Shown here piece by piece: positions 37,326 to 47,500 of a stretch of DNA of 64,000 nt. Source of the stretch: Anaerolineae bacterium (lineage in GTDB: Bacteria; Chloroflexota; Anaerolineae; Epilineales; Epilineaceae); NCBI GenBank assembly GCA_038913135.1, contig JBCLES010000010.1:4298-68297 (forward strand), read 5' to 3'. A program made the translations under genes and the position numbers. The notes under the pieces are model-generated. The model worked only from the letters and a program-made list of their open reading frames with translations. It had not been told where the DNA came from and searched no databases. How positions within the stretch are numbered: position 1 is the stretch's first letter; each line of letters begins with the position of its first letter.

Positions 37326-40195
37326 CACGAGCAGACGATATTGCGATCGCCGTAAGCGTTGTCGATACGCGCTACCGGCGGCCAGAACTTGTGGTCGTGA
37401 AGCCACGGAGCGGGGTATGCCGCCTCCGAGCGCGAGTAGGGATGGCGCCAATCGTCGGCCATCACCGCGCGTGCGGTGTGCGGAGCGTTCTTCAGTGGAT
37501 TGTCGACCCTATCCGCTGTTCCGCGCTCTATCGCCCGAATCTCCTTCCGGATGGCGATCATCGCGTTGCAGAAGCGATCCAGTTCGGCAAGGTTCTCGCT
37601 TTCAGTCGGCTCGATCATCAACGTTCCCGCGACCGGCCACGACATCGTCGGAGCATGGAAGCCGTAGTCCATGAGACGCTTGGCCACGTCATCCGGCTCG
37701 ATGTTCGCGGAATCCCTAAGCTGCCGCAAGTCGATGATGCATTCGTGTGCCACCCGATTGTTCGGACCCCGATAAAGGACCGGGTAATGGGGCGCCAACC
37801 GTTCGGCGATGTAGTTGGCGTTCAAAACCGCGATCTCGCTAGCCTTTTTGAGCCCATCGGGACCCATCATCGCGACATATGCATACGAAATCGGCAAGAT
37901 GCTCGCGCTGCCCCACGGCGCGGAAGTAACCGGTAGAATCGCCTGTTCGCCCCCCACATCGGAGACTACGCCGTGGCCAGGCAAATAAGGCGCCAAATGC
38001 GCCGCGACGCCGATCGGTCCCACGCCGGGTCCGCCGCCCCCGTGAGGGATGCAGAAGGTCTTGTGCAAGTTCAAGTGGCAGACATCGGCGCCGAGCTCGG
38101 CCGGACGGCACAGGCCGACCATCGCGTTCAAATTCGCGCCGTCCAAATAAACCTGACCGCCGCCGGCATGGACGGCATCGCAGATCGACTTGATGGTGGG
38201 CTCGAAGACGCCATGTGTTGACGGATACGTGATCATCAGAGCGGCGAGGCGGTCGCCTTGCAGGTCGATCTTGGCTTGCAGGTCGGCCATGTCAACGTTG
38301 CCGCCCTCATCCGTCGCGATCGGCACAACCCGCATACCGGCCATTACGGCGCTTGCGGGATTCGTCCCATGTGCCGACGTCGGGATTAGGCAAACGTCGC
38401 GTTGGTCGTCGCCGCGCGCACGATGATGCGCCCGGATGACAAGGAGCCCGGCGTACTCGCCCTGCGATCCGGCGTTCGGCTGCACCGAGAAGGCGTCAAA
38501 GCCGGTGATCTCAGCCAACCAAGCTTCGAGTCGATCGATCAGTGTTCGATATCCTTCCACGTCTTCGGCCGGCGCGAACGGGTGAATGTTCGAGAAGCCG
38601 GGCAAGGTGATCGAGAGCATCTCGGCGGCTGCGTTCAACTTCATCGTGCACGAGCCGAGCGGGATCATAGAAGTTGTAAGGCTAAGATCACGCGCCTCGA
38701 GCCGGCGCATGTAGCGTTGCATCTCGGTTTCGCTTCTGTAGGTGTTGAAAATCGGATGGGTGAGGTAATCCGAGGTGCGGGCGTGCGGACTAGGAATTGC
38801 CTCGTCGATGCTCGACGCCTCGGCATCCGGATCGAAATCCCCAGGAGCGCCTCCGAAGGCTTCGACTATGTCGCAGAGATCCGCCGCGGTCGTCGTCTCG
38901 TCTAGGCTGATCCCGACCCGCCCGTCGGCTAAAGACCGCAAGCCGATCCCCAAAGCGCGGGCCGCGGCGACCACTTCGTCACGGCTCCGACCGGTGGCCC
39001 CTGGATCGATCGTCAGAGTATCGAAGCGCGTTTCGTCACTCACTTCGCAGCCCAAGGCGTCGAGGCCGCGGCCTAGGACAAGCGCCATCCGACGCACTCG
39101 GCGCGCAATGTTCGCCAGCCCTTCAGGTCCGTGATAGACCGCATACATCGACGCGATTACCGCCAGCAGCACTTGCGCCGTGCAGATGTTGCTGGTGGCG
39201 CGATCTCGCCTTATATGCTGCTCGCGCGTCTGTAGAGCCAGCCGCAGCGCCGGCCGCTCGTCGGCGTCATGCGACACCCCGATCAGACGGCCGGGCAACT
39301 GTCGCTTGAATTCGTCACGCGCCGCCATGTAGCCTGCGTGCGGCCCGCCGAAGCCCATCGGGACTCCGAAGCGCTGCGTGCTCCCGACAGCAACATCCGC
39401 TCCGAAGTCGCCCGGCGGACGCAGGAGCGTCAGCGCGAGCGGATCCGCGGCAACGATGACATAGGCGCCGGCGGTGTGGGCGTCTTCACACAGCTCTTCG
39501 AAATTCCGGACGACGCCATCGGTCGATGGATATTGCACAAGCACCCCGAACACCGATGTGTCGATTCGCCAGTCCGCGGGATCGCCCACTTCGACCGCGA
39601 TGCCTAGGGGCTCCGCCCGGCCTCGCACGACGTCTATGGTCTGTGGGTGACAATCGGAGGCAACTAGGAAGCGCACCTCGCCTTGGGCACCGCTGACACG
39701 AAGACACATCATCATCGCCTCCGCCGCGGCGGTAGCCTCGTCCAGGACGGAGGCGTTAGCGATGTCTAGACCTGTCAGGTCCATTATCATCGTCTGAAAG
39801 TTGAGAAGCGCCTCGAGTCGGCCTTGGGCTATCTCCGCTTGGTAAGGGGTGTACTGGGTGTACCAGCCCGGATTCTCGAGGATGTTGCGCTGGATGACCG
39901 CCGGAAGATACGTGCCGTTGTAGCCCATTCCGATAAAGGAATGCATGAGCCGATTGCATCCGGCGAGTGCAGCCATCTCATCCAGAAGCTCAGCTTCGCT
40001 GACGGCGCGCGGCAGATCGAGCGGCCTTGACGTGCGGATCGCGGCAGGGATTACGGCCTCGATAAACGCATCGAGATCAGAGTAGCCGAGAAGTTCGAGC
40101 ATAGTTTTCAGCTCATCGCCGCGCGGTCCGATATGTCGATCCGGAAACGCCGACGGGGCGTCGAGACTCGTGGCGCGGGCGAAGGCTTCGATCAT
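37277..40195 (-). CDS. gcvP: Glycine dehydrogenase (decarboxylating), single-chain P protein
   Basis: 972 aa with [26 protein letters not shown] and [19 protein letters not shown] (PLP-Lys region). Full-length alpha-beta fused form. Confidence 0.95.
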   Translation of the reverse strand: MIEAFARATSLDAPSAFPDRHIGPRGDELKTMLELLGYSDLDAFIEAVIPAAIRTSRPLDLPRAVSEAELLDEMAALAGCNRLMHSFIGMGYNGTYLPAVIQRNILENPGWYTQYTPYQAEIAQGRLEALLNFQTMIMDLTGLDIANASVLDEATAAAEAMMMCLRVSGAQGEVRFLVASDCHPQTIDVVRGRAEPLGIAVEVGDPADWRIDTSVFGVLVQYPSTDGVVRNFEELCEDAHTAGAYVIVAADPLALTLLRPPGDFGADVAVGSTQRFGVPMGFGGPHAGYMAARDEFKRQLPGRLIGVSHDADERPALRLALQTREQHIRRDRATSNICTAQVLLAVIASMYAVYHGPEGLANIARRVRRMALVLGRGLDALGCEVSDETRFDTLTIDPGATGRSRDEVVAAARALGIGLRSLADGRVGISLDETTTAADLCDIVEAFGGAPGDFDPDAEASSIDEAIPSPHARTSDYLTHPIFNTYRSETEMQRYMRRLEARDLSLTTSMIPLGSCTMKLNAAAEMLSITLPGFSNIHPFAPAEDVEGYRTLIDRLEAWLAEITGFDAFSVQPNAGSQGEYAGLLVIRAHHRARGDDQRDVCLIPTSAHGTNPASAVMAGMRVVPIATDEGGNVDMADLQAKIDLQGDRLAALMITYPSTHGVFEPTIKSICDAVHAGGGQVYLDGANLNAMVGLCRPAELGADVCHLNLHKTFCIPHGGGGPGVGPIGVAAHLAPYLPGHGVVSDVGGEQAILPVTSAPWGSASILPISYAYVAMMGPDGLKKASEIAVLNANYIAERLAPHYPVLYRGPNNRVAHECIIDLRQLRDSANIEPDDVAKRLMDYGFHAPTMSWPVAGTLMIEPTESENLAELDRFCNAMIAIRKEIRAIERGTADRVDNPLKNAPHTARAVMADDWRHPYSRSEAAYPAPWLHDHKFWPPVARIDNAYGDRNIVCSCPPMEAYADMVGEGDR

Positions 40196-40374
40196 CTGTG
40201 GTCCCTTATCACGTGGCCGGGAGTGTCCGCGTGCATGGCGCCCGCGGCGGCCAAGGCTAGCACCTGATGGCGCTGCCGAGCAATGATCCGATCGGCCTTA
40301 GGAGCACTCGCGCTGACCGCTACAATGGCCTGCCGCGTCGATACCAACGGCGCGCAACATAGGCGGAGCTAAAC

Positions 40375-41199
40375 GTGGTCGAAACCGAATCCGAAGCCGA
40401 AACTCAGGCGGCCCAAGTGCCAAAGAGCGTGCTGGATGAGACCGAGGCCGGCGGAGGCAAATACCTGGGCGACTTCCTAGAAGGCCCGCGGAATCGACGC
40501 TTCGAGATGCTCGAAGTCTTCCGCATCGCGCTCGAGTTCATACGCGGATTTCGCGCATTCCACTTCCTGGGCCCTACGGTCACCGTCTTCGGATCCGCAC
40601 GATTTTCGGAGGGCCACGAGTATTACATCATGGCGCGCGAGATCGGACGCAGGATCGCGGACGCTGGTTTCGTCACAATGACCGGTGGCGGACCAGGGGT
40701 CATGGAGGCCGCCAATCGAGGGGCGATGGAAGCCGGCGGACTCTCGGTAGGCAGCAACATCGTTCTGCCGCACGAGCAACGGCCCAACCAATATATCGAT
40801 CGATGGGTCGACTTCGACTACTTCTTCGTCCGTAAGCTCATGCTCCTGAAGTACAGCCAGGCTTTCGTGATCTTGCCTGGCGGATTCGGGACCCTCGACG
40901 AGCTGTTCGAAACGTCAACTCTCATTCAAACCGGCAAGCTGCATGGCTTCCCGCTGGTTCTCATGGGCCATGACTTCTGGGATCCACTGCTCGATTTCGT
41001 GCGCGATACGATGGTCAAGGCGGGCACGATCGGCCGCGCTGATTACGATCGCTTCGTGGTCACCGATTCGTCGGAAGTAGCGATCGCGCACATCCTGCAC
41101 TTCGCGACCGAATCCTATGGCTTGCGCTGGACAAAGCGCTTGCGGCCTCGCTGGATCCTCGGCGAGCAAGGCGCACCTAAAAAGGTCAGCGATCAGTAG
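40375..41199 (+). CDS. LOG family protein (TIGR00730, long form)
   Basis: VTVFGSARF...TGGGPGVMEAANRGA...PGGFGTLDELFE are the diagnostic LOG motifs. Confidence 0.85.
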   Translation: MVETESEAETQAAQVPKSVLDETEAGGGKYLGDFLEGPRNRRFEMLEVFRIALEFIRGFRAFHFLGPTVTVFGSARFSEGHEYYIMAREIGRRIADAGFVTMTGGGPGVMEAANRGAMEAGGLSVGSNIVLPHEQRPNQYIDRWVDFDYFFVRKLMLLKYSQAFVILPGGFGTLDELFETSTLIQTGKLHGFPLVLMGHDFWDPLLDFVRDTMVKAGTIGRADYDRFVVTDSSEVAIAHILHFATESYGLRWTKRLRPRWILGEQGAPKKVSDQ

Positions 41200-41357
41200 A
41201 TCGGGCCTCTGTCATGACGGAAGTCATACGTCGTCGATGGCGATTGCCGACCGCACTCGCCCAAGGGTTCAACGTATCTCGGTGCCAGGGACTGCGTCAA
41301 ACGTTATTGGCCATTTCGACAAGTGATCGGGCCGTTCGAAGTTAGAGGAGAACACGC

Positions 41358-42788
41358 ATGAATCGCCGCTTCGCACTTCGTATGACCGCAGCCGGACTGG
41401 GGATTGCTACGCCCGTCTTGGTCGCGCTCTTGGCTCTCGGAACAGCCAACGCCCAGACGATCGATTTCGATTGGCTGAAGCTTGGCACTAGTGCCCAGAA
41501 GCTCTTCCACCGCGCCTCCGCATTCGACGCCACAGATAACGTGATGTACGTCTACGGCGGCTACGATGTCACCAACGCGACGCGCAACAACGTCGACGTC
41601 GTGAGATTGGGCGATCCCTTGCTCGAGAACGCCGAAATCGCGAGTCTGCGTCCAGCGGGGGCTGTCGCATCGCTCTGGGGCGTTGCCGGCGCGTTCAGGA
41701 CAATCGCCGGCGAACGTCAAGCCATCTTCACCGGCGGAGCGAACGCGTCCAACGATCCGTTCGAGCAGGTTCAGATCTACGACGCGAACGACAATACCTG
41801 GACGCAGGTTCGGCCGCCTGGGCTGTTCAACCGGCGTGTGCTTCACGTCTCGGTCTATGATCCGCTGCACGACGTAGTTGTCGTGCACGGCGGCAGTCAG
41901 CGCTGCATCCTGCTTCCGGACGATCCAGCCGATCGCGATTGCGATGAGCCGTATGGGCAAACGCAGTTTCTAGCGTATGAGTCGGCGACCGACAGTTGGC
42001 GTTGGATGGAAGGACCGACCGGACCCAAGTTGTTCGGTCACGCGGCCGGTTGGGATGCGGCGAACGATCGGATGATCGTTTTCGGCGGCACATATGATCG
42101 TCTGCGTGGCGACGAAGACGTTTGGGAGCTCGATCTTTCGGATGCGGACCTCGGCATGGCGGAATGGCGTCGAATCGATGTCGCACCAGGCCCTGCGCCC
42201 AGGGGACGCGCGCTTCACGTCGGTGGGTTCAACGACGCGCAGAATCGATTCGTGATCTATGGGGGCGCCGAGCGCGCCATTTACGGCGACGCAGAAGTTG
42301 TCGCCGCCCCCGAGACTTGGGCGCTCGACTTCAGCTCGACACCGCCGGTCTGGATGGATCTAGGCGCTGCGGCCGGAGATCGCGTTGCGGCATCGATGAC
42401 CTACGATCCGCTGCACAATGCGATGATTATGTGGGGCGGAAGAGGCAAGGTGCGCGCCGATCGTCAGACAATCTCGTCCGACGTGCTCGCGCTCGATCGA
42501 AAGGTGCTCGGACCATCGCCGGCGACTGCCACGCCACGTCCCGCGCCGACCTCCGTTATCCCGTTGGACCCGAAGGCATGCGACTTCATCGACGGGCGAG
42601 TTCCGCCAGTCGTAATCGCCAGCGCTCTCGCCAATCCGACTCGGATCAGCGGCTACGGCCAACCGGCCAATCCATCGCTGCCGCCAGGCATCACGAATCC
42701 GCCTAGGATATGGCTTACCCTTCGCAACCCGGCGGTTCCTTATGACGTGCTCTTCAACAGCGTGGCATATCGGGCGGGGTGTCCGTAA
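41358..42788 (+). CDS. Secreted Kelch-repeat (beta-propeller) protein
   Basis: Signal peptide MNRRFALRMTAAGLGIATPVLVALLALGTANA (possibly Tat-type RRF). Repeated blades: VMYVYGGYD, VVVVHGG, MIVFGGTYD, FVIYGGAE and MIMWGGRG, each with a W a few residues downstream. Confidence 0.7.
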   Translation: MNRRFALRMTAAGLGIATPVLVALLALGTANAQTIDFDWLKLGTSAQKLFHRASAFDATDNVMYVYGGYDVTNATRNNVDVVRLGDPLLENAEIASLRPAGAVASLWGVAGAFRTIAGERQAIFTGGANASNDPFEQVQIYDANDNTWTQVRPPGLFNRRVLHVSVYDPLHDVVVVHGGSQRCILLPDDPADRDCDEPYGQTQFLAYESATDSWRWMEGPTGPKLFGHAAGWDAANDRMIVFGGTYDRLRGDEDVWELDLSDADLGMAEWRRIDVAPGPAPRGRALHVGGFNDAQNRFVIYGGAERAIYGDAEVVAAPETWALDFSSTPPVWMDLGAAAGDRVAASMTYDPLHNAMIMWGGRGKVRADRQTISSDVLALDRKVLGPSPATATPRPAPTSVIPLDPKACDFIDGRVPPVVIASALANPTRISGYGQPANPSLPPGITNPPRIWLTLRNPAVPYDVLFNSVAYRAGCP

Positions 42789-42874
42789 GACGCCGAGCGA
42801 GGCGGGCAGGGCGTGACCGAATTCCTCGAATGCGCTAGAATCGGGCGCTTGTTCACGTCAGGAGGAGAGGGAAA

Positions 42875-43039
42875 ATGGCCAAGAAGAAAGGTGTGCGGAT
42901 CATCGTGAAGATGCGAAGCACTGAAAGCGCTCACATGTATTTGACCGAGAAGAATCGGCGTAACGATCCGAGCCGCATGGAATTGAAGAAGTACGATCCA
43001 ACGATCCGCCGACACGTTCTCTATCGCGAGACGAAGTAA
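42875..43039 (+). CDS. rpmG: 50S ribosomal protein L33
   Basis: 54-aa ORF too short for the track: [68 protein letters not shown] upstream. Lacks the Cys pairs (C-minus form). Confidence 0.9.
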   Translation: MAKKKGVRIIVKMRSTESAHMYLTEKNRRNDPSRMELKKYDPTIRRHVLYRETK

Positions 43040-43102
43040 CGACGGGCAAACGCTCGATCGCATCTTCTCGCGCTGATTCAATCTTCACGCGCTGACTTTG
43101 AT

Positions 43103-43663
43103 ATGAACGAGCAGGAACGCGGATCGCTTGTCGACAAGAACGAAGCGGCCGGGCCAGGTGGCCCGGCCGCTCATCGTGTTCGGGCGGAAGGTCGCGGTCC
43201 AGTCGCGATCGGGATCGTGACGGTCTCGGACAGTAGAACGCCTGAAACAGACGATAACGGGCGGTGGCTCAAGGCGGCTATCGAGACAAGCGGTCACTCC
43301 GTCGCGGCTTATCTCTTGGTTCGCGACGAGCCCGCAGAAGTGATCGAGGCGTTCGAGAAGGTTGCCGGCTCCGGAGCACAGATCGTCATCTTCAACGGCG
43401 GAACTGGAGTCGCGCGCCGCGACACGACGGTGGATGCGATAGCAAAGCGCTTCGAGCGGGAGCTGCCCGGCTTCGGTGAACTCTTTCGGATGCTCAGTTG
43501 GAGGGAGATCGGCTCGGCCGCGATGCTTTCGCGCGCTACGGCAGGGATCTGGCGCGACTGCGTCGTCTTTTGCCTTCCGGGATCCGCTAAGGCGGTCGAA
43601 CTCGCATGGAGCGCCTTGATCGAGCCGGAAGTTGAGCACCTGGCGTGGGAGCTCGTGCGCTGA
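43103..43663 (+). CDS. moaB: Molybdenum cofactor biosynthesis protein B (MogA/MoaB family)
   Basis: VAIGIVTVSDSR...IVIFNGGTGVARRDTTVDAI...ELPGFGELFR...MLSRATAGIW...VVFCLPGSAKAV. Confidence 0.8.
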   Translation: MNEQERGSLVDKNEAAGPGGPAAHRVRAEGRGPVAIGIVTVSDSRTPETDDNGRWLKAAIETSGHSVAAYLLVRDEPAEVIEAFEKVAGSGAQIVIFNGGTGVARRDTTVDAIAKRFERELPGFGELFRMLSWREIGSAAMLSRATAGIWRDCVVFCLPGSAKAVELAWSALIEPEVEHLAWELVR

Positions 43664-43825
43664 GTCCACGCCCTGGGCGAAGACGGACGTCGGAAGGTAG
43701 TCGGAGGGCAGTCGAAAGCTCGTTGGTCGACGGCACCGCGCTGAGCCTCCTGCATCCGTGCACAACTGCACTGACGCACAATCGCACAAAGCAAAGAAGC
43801 GGTACAGATCCGACCCTCTGAACTC

Positions 43826-43854
43826 TCGACAAGTTCCGCTCGCTCGACTATAAT
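43826..43854 (+). promoter_or_regulatory. Sigma-70-like promoter upstream of rpmB
   Basis: -35 TCGACA (43826-43831), 17-nt spacer, perfect -10 TATAAT (43849-43854). It lies 78 nt upstream of the rpmB ATG. Confidence 0.45.
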
Positions 43855-43931
43855 TCGTGTTCGCATTTCGTCGGGCTACGGTTTGGTTCGGCGCGCGGCA
43901 CATCGAACAGACATGCTTCAGGAGCAACGTA

Positions 43932-44171
43932 ATGGCGCGAAAGTGCAAGCTCAGTGGCAAGGGGCCGTTTGTCGGCAATAGCGTTTCCTTCTCGCATAAG
44001 CGGACTAAGAAGATCTGGCTGCCCAACCTCCAGCATAAGCGGTTGTGGGTGCCGGAGGAGAAGCGCTTCGTGCGAATTCGATTGAGCGCGCGCGCTCTCC
44101 GGACCGTCTCGAAGAACGGCCTGATGTCATATCTTCGAGCGCAGGGCCTGACGATGAAGGACGTGACGTAG
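43932..44171 (+). CDS. rpmB: 50S ribosomal protein L28
   Basis: MARKCKLSGKGPFVGNSVSFSHKRTKKIWLPNLQHKRLWVPEEKRFVRIRLSARALRTVSKNG is the canonical L28 sequence. Confidence 0.9.
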   Translation: MARKCKLSGKGPFVGNSVSFSHKRTKKIWLPNLQHKRLWVPEEKRFVRIRLSARALRTVSKNGLMSYLRAQGLTMKDVT

Positions 44172-44248
44172 GTCTCACCAACGCAATTTGAGCGGTCACG
44201 AGAACGGACCGGCTGGCGTGACGCTCCGACTCGTTTGACTAAATTGAG

Positions 44249-44284
44249 AGCGGGCGGCCGAATGGCCGCCCGCTTTTCGTTTCG
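44249..44284 (+). terminator. Rho-independent terminator after rpmB
   Basis: AGCGGGCGGCC-gaat-GGCCGCCCGCT stem followed by TTTCGTTTCG. Confidence 0.65.
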
Positions 44285-44568
44285 CAAAGATGGCTGAAGA
44301 GTTCCGACGGCGGATGCCGTCACGGATCGCGACCTTCTGAAGAGAGTACGGGGATCGCGACCTTCTAAAAAGAGTTCGGGCCAGCGCCCGTAACCACAGC
44401 CCATCGGCGAGCACTGGCCCAGTAGCACTCTCACGTCTAACGCAGTCACCACGCGATCGTGGCAGACCCCCACACAGCCGCTGGCGTGTCGTGTGCTACG
44501 CACCGGAGTATAAGGACAGTGTTGCTTTTCGAGCATAAAGGTTAGATTAAGGTTAAGTACACGACGCG

Positions 44569-44597
44569 TTGACCTGACTGCTACCGCCGACTAGAAT
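44569..44597 (+). promoter_or_regulatory. Sigma-70-like promoter for the SRP RNA gene
   Basis: -35 TTGACC (44569-44574), 17-nt spacer, -10 TAGAAT (44592-44597). An A/T-rich stretch (ataaaggttagattaaggttaagt) lies immediately upstream. Confidence 0.5.
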
Positions 44598-44623
44598 CCC
44601 CAGGCCATCCTTCTAGGTTGCTT

Positions 44624-44762
44624 GACGCCGGCGGCGGTGGCCCAGCCAGGGTCCTGCGCGGCGGAGCCCTTCGAACCGCGTCAGGTCCGGAAGGAAGCAG
44701 CGCTAAGGAGATGTTTCCGGGCGCCGCAGGGGTGCCTTGGCTGTGCCTCCTACGCCGGCGTC
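44624..44762 (+). ncRNA. ffs: Signal recognition particle RNA (4.5S/small SRP RNA type)
   Basis: Contains the invariant domain IV sequence GTCAGGTCCGGAAGGAAGCAGC (44679-44700). The flanks pair as a long helix (GACGCCGGCG...CGCCGGCGTC and GCCAGGG...CCTTGGC). The ends are approximate; transcription may start near 44603. Confidence 0.8.
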
Positions 44763-44806
44763 TGTATTTACTCGACTCGTGCACATCGCTGAGAGCGCAA
44801 ACGCGC

Positions 44807-46471
44807 ATGCCCGAACGTCGGCCATCAGTGCCCAACACGATTGGGGTCCGACGTCGAGCGACTGTGCTCGGCCCTACGAGTCTGTCTCGCTTTCCCGAGT
44901 TCTGGTCGAACACGGTGCGTATCATTGCGGCCGCGGTCGGTTTGGCCGCCGCTCTGGAGTTCGCCGCCGTACCGGTGACGCTCCAAGTCGATGGGGCTGA
45001 GCGCTCCATGGTGACACGGGTCGGAACCGTCGGCGCTCTTCTCGCCGAGGCCATGGTGGACGTCGAGCGCGGTGACCTAGTCTCGCCGCCGCCTTCGAGC
45101 CACCTCCGGCGCGGGGAAACCGTGGTGGTGGAACGCGCTAGGCTGGTCCGCATAAATGTTGAAGGTGACGTCCGCTCGATTCGTACGCACGCGATCACAC
45201 CCCTCGGAATGCTGCATGCGGCCGGAGTCAGTGTCGATCACGATGATCGCGTGGCCGTGGGCGGTCAGGGCTGGCCGGCAGATCGACCGCTCTGGACCAC
45301 TTCCGCTGCCGGCAAGACCGAACAAGGCAACGACGCCGAACGGTCGCTTGTAGCCTCGTCCCGAGCCGTGGCCGCCGATCGGTCCCGTCACGGTACAGGC
45401 GTCGCGACGCTGGCTGACGCTTTTGAAGTTGTCCCGAAGACGCGCCGGTCGGAGAATCAGTCGCCGTCGGACTTCATAGACGGCACCGACTCGGAAGTGA
45501 TCGTTCACATCGACATTCTTCGACCAGCACCAATCACCGTGGTTGAGGACGGGATCCCGATTGCGATCATGCTTACGGGGCGGACGGTCGGAGAGTCATT
45601 GGCGGCAGCTGGTCTGCACCTCTGGAACGAAGACGTGCTCTTTCCTAGCTCGGAGACCCTGCTCTCTCGAACCTCGCGCGTCTCGATCCAGCGGGCGATT
45701 CCGTTCACGGTCAGCTCCGATGGCGAGAACCGATCGGTGCGAGCCGTTGCGGACACGGTTAGCGAAGCGCTGGCCATCGCTGGCGAAACGCTCGTCGGGC
45801 GCGATTACTCGATCCCGCCCTCCGATACGGCTCTGCGCTCCGGGATTGAAGTTCAAGTGGTTCGCGTCGTCGAGGACTTCCTGGTACAGCAAGTCGATGT
45901 GCCATTCGGCACCGAAACGGAGGCCGACTGGGGACTACCCCTCGACGAAAAGCGTGTCTTGCGTGAAGGCGAACCAGGGTCGAAGACGCAGCGCATTCGG
46001 ATCGTTTACGAGGACGGCGAGGAGATCAGCCGCGATCTCATAGAGGAGATGTTGGATCGAGAACCTGTCGCTCAGCGCATCGCTTATGGGACGCGCATCG
46101 ATTGGAACACCGTTCAGACCGAAGCGGGCCCCAAGCGCTATTGGCGCAAGTTGAGGGTATATGCCACCAGCTACAGCGCTTCCCGCGCCGGGACGGCTCC
46201 ATCGGCGCCATGGTACGGCCTGACGCGCCTGGGTTGGCCGATGCGAAAAGGCATCATCGCAGTCGATCCGCGGATCATCCCGCTCAGGACTGAGATGTAC
46301 GTGCCCGAATACGGCCTCGGAGTCGCGGGCGACACGGGCGGCGGGCTCAAGCAGTACCATATCGACCTAGGCTACGATGACGACAACTATCAGAGCTGGC
46401 ACTGGTGGGTCGACGCCTACTTGCTCGAACCTCTGCCGCCCGAGGGCTCGATCCCCTGGATCTTGCCGTGA
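44807..46471 (+). CDS. YabE/RpfB-like cell-wall protein (DUF348 repeats, G5 domain, C-terminal 3D domain)
   Basis: N-terminal TM segment. DUF348-like VTLQVDGAERSMVTRVGTVGALLAEA. G5-like VPFGTETEADWGLPLDEKRVLREGEPGSKTQRIRIVYEDGEEISR. 3D domain YATSYSASRAG...GIIAVDPRIIPLRTEMYVPEYGLGVAGDTGGGLKQYHIDL. The position next to rsmA matches Bacillus yabE-ksgA. The part of the track ORF upstream of 44807 overlaps ffs. Confidence 0.75.
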   Translation: MPERRPSVPNTIGVRRRATVLGPTSLSRFPEFWSNTVRIIAAAVGLAAALEFAAVPVTLQVDGAERSMVTRVGTVGALLAEAMVDVERGDLVSPPPSSHLRRGETVVVERARLVRINVEGDVRSIRTHAITPLGMLHAAGVSVDHDDRVAVGGQGWPADRPLWTTSAAGKTEQGNDAERSLVASSRAVAADRSRHGTGVATLADAFEVVPKTRRSENQSPSDFIDGTDSEVIVHIDILRPAPITVVEDGIPIAIMLTGRTVGESLAAAGLHLWNEDVLFPSSETLLSRTSRVSIQRAIPFTVSSDGENRSVRAVADTVSEALAIAGETLVGRDYSIPPSDTALRSGIEVQVVRVVEDFLVQQVDVPFGTETEADWGLPLDEKRVLREGEPGSKTQRIRIVYEDGEEISRDLIEEMLDREPVAQRIAYGTRIDWNTVQTEAGPKRYWRKLRVYATSYSASRAGTAPSAPWYGLTRLGWPMRKGIIAVDPRIIPLRTEMYVPEYGLGVAGDTGGGLKQYHIDLGYDDDNYQSWHWWVDAYLLEPLPPEGSIPWILP

Positions 46472-47457
46472 GCCAAGGCGTCCCGGCGGACGGCGGCCCG
46501 ACTGACTTCGACATCCCGAATCCATACGTCCTGTTGCGGCGCGCCGGCCTTCGACCAAAGAAGGGCCTGGGCCAACACTTCCTCGTGGAACGAGCCCATC
46601 TGGCGCGTATCGTGGAAGCGGCCGATATCGGGGCCGACGACACCGTCCTGGAGATCGGCCCTGGCCTTGGCGTGCTGACCGGCGCGCTCGCGAGCCTCGC
46701 CGCTCGGGTCGTGGCCGTCGAGATAGACGGTGCCCTCGCCGAGATCATCGAAGAGACCCTTGGCGACCGGCCGAATCTCGAGGTGATCGTCGCGGACATC
46801 CTCGAACGCCCGGCGGCCGACTTCGCCGGCTTTGCGCCCGATTCAGTGGGCGCCCGAATGGCGTCGCCCGAGGCGCGGCGCGTCGAGCCCGATTCAGAGG
46901 GCGCCCGTGAGTCGTCGCCCAAGTCGTGGCAGGTCGTGCCCGAGTTCAAGATCGTCGCGAATCTGCCTTTCTACATCACGTCGGCCGTCCTGCGCCACGT
47001 GCTCGAGGCGCCGATCAAGCCTTCGAGCGCTGTGGTGATGGTCCAGCGCGAGGTGGCGGATCGGATGATCGCGAAGCCGGGCCGGCTGAGCATCCTCGGG
47101 GTCGCGGTGCAATTCTACGCGCGGCCCACCCGCATCTGCATCGTCCCGGCGGGCGCCTTCGTGCCGGCGCCGGCCGTGGACTCCGCCGTCGTGCGGCTTG
47201 ACGTGCATCCCTGTCCACCGATTCCGGTGCGCGACGAAGCAGTGTTCTTCCGGGTCGTGCGCGCCGGTTTCGGCCAGAAGCGAAAACAGCTTCGCAACAG
47301 TATCGCCGCCGGGCTCGACATCACGCCCGCGGATTCGGCTAGCGCGCTCGATTCGGCGGGCATCGACCCGCGCCGGCGCGCAGAAACGCTGGCGCTAGCC
47401 GAATGGGCTGCGTTGACGAAGGCGCTGGAAGGCGTCGGGTTTGGGTTGGAGACGTAG
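46468..47457 (+). CDS. rsmA: 16S rRNA (adenine1518/1519-N6)-dimethyltransferase
   Basis: LGQHFLV, VLEIGPGLGVLT and IVANLPFYITS motifs. The GTG start overlaps the upstream stop (GTGA). Contains an insertion of about 40 aa with an internal duplication. Confidence 0.9.
   Translation: MSQGVPADGGPTDFDIPNPYVLLRRAGLRPKKGLGQHFLVERAHLARIVEAADIGADDTVLEIGPGLGVLTGALASLAARVVAVEIDGALAEIIEETLGDRPNLEVIVADILERPAADFAGFAPDSVGARMASPEARRVEPDSEGARESSPKSWQVVPEFKIVANLPFYITSAVLRHVLEAPIKPSSAVVMVQREVADRMIAKPGRLSILGVAVQFYARPTRICIVPAGAFVPAPAVDSAVVRLDVHPCPPIPVRDEAVFFRVVRAGFGQKRKQLRNSIAAGLDITPADSASALDSAGIDPRRRAETLALAEWAALTKALEGVGFGLET
46837..46938 (+). repeat. In-frame 51-bp tandem duplication inside rsmA
   Basis: cccgattcagtgggcgcccgaatggcgtcgcccgag... 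(46837) versus cccgattcagagggcgcccgtgagtcgtcgcccaag... (46888), encoding PDSVGARMASPEARRVE / PDSEGARESSPKSWQVV. Confidence 0.85.
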
Positions 47458-47488
47458 GGAGGGGCACCCACATACGGGTGCCCCTCCT
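47457..47488. terminator. Bidirectional GC-rich hairpin between convergent rsmA and the vWA gene
   Basis: GGGAGGGGCACCC-acatac-GGGTGCCCCTCC, a 12-bp perfect stem with no clear U tract. Confidence 0.55.
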
Positions 47489-47500
47489 ACGGCTTACAAA

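Noticed and set aside
40196-40374. Glycine riboswitch expected upstream of gcvP
   Set aside because: I read the 179-nt leader on the gcvP (minus) strand and found no GGAGAG...CCGAAGG(A/G)GCAA...CUCAGGC..GGAC core. Two weak look-alikes (GGCCAAGGCTAGCA and GGCCTTAGGAGCAC) are on the opposite strand, which faces the LOG gene, and they lack the other conserved segments. A cmsearch with RF00504 would settle it.
42875-44171. rpmG and rpmB as zinc-regulated alternative (C-minus) ribosomal protein paralogs under Zur control
   Set aside because: Both lack CxxC pairs, but there is no Zur box that I can recognise and no second copy in the window. C-minus forms are the only copies in many high-GC bacteria, so nothing unusual can be claimed.
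43085-44536. 483-aa minus-strand ORF, with similar long ORFs such as 53043..54101(+), 11468..12811(+), 34562..35536(-), 33643..34638(-), 5492..6190(-), 8874..9785(-) and 62958..63338(+)
   Set aside because: They lie antisense to or overlap genes with clear family motifs (moaB, rpmB, moaE, livK-like, GT1, the vWA genes, tex, livM). Their translations are Arg/Pro/Gly/Ala-rich with no motifs. This is the usual stop-codon-poor artefact of high-GC DNA.
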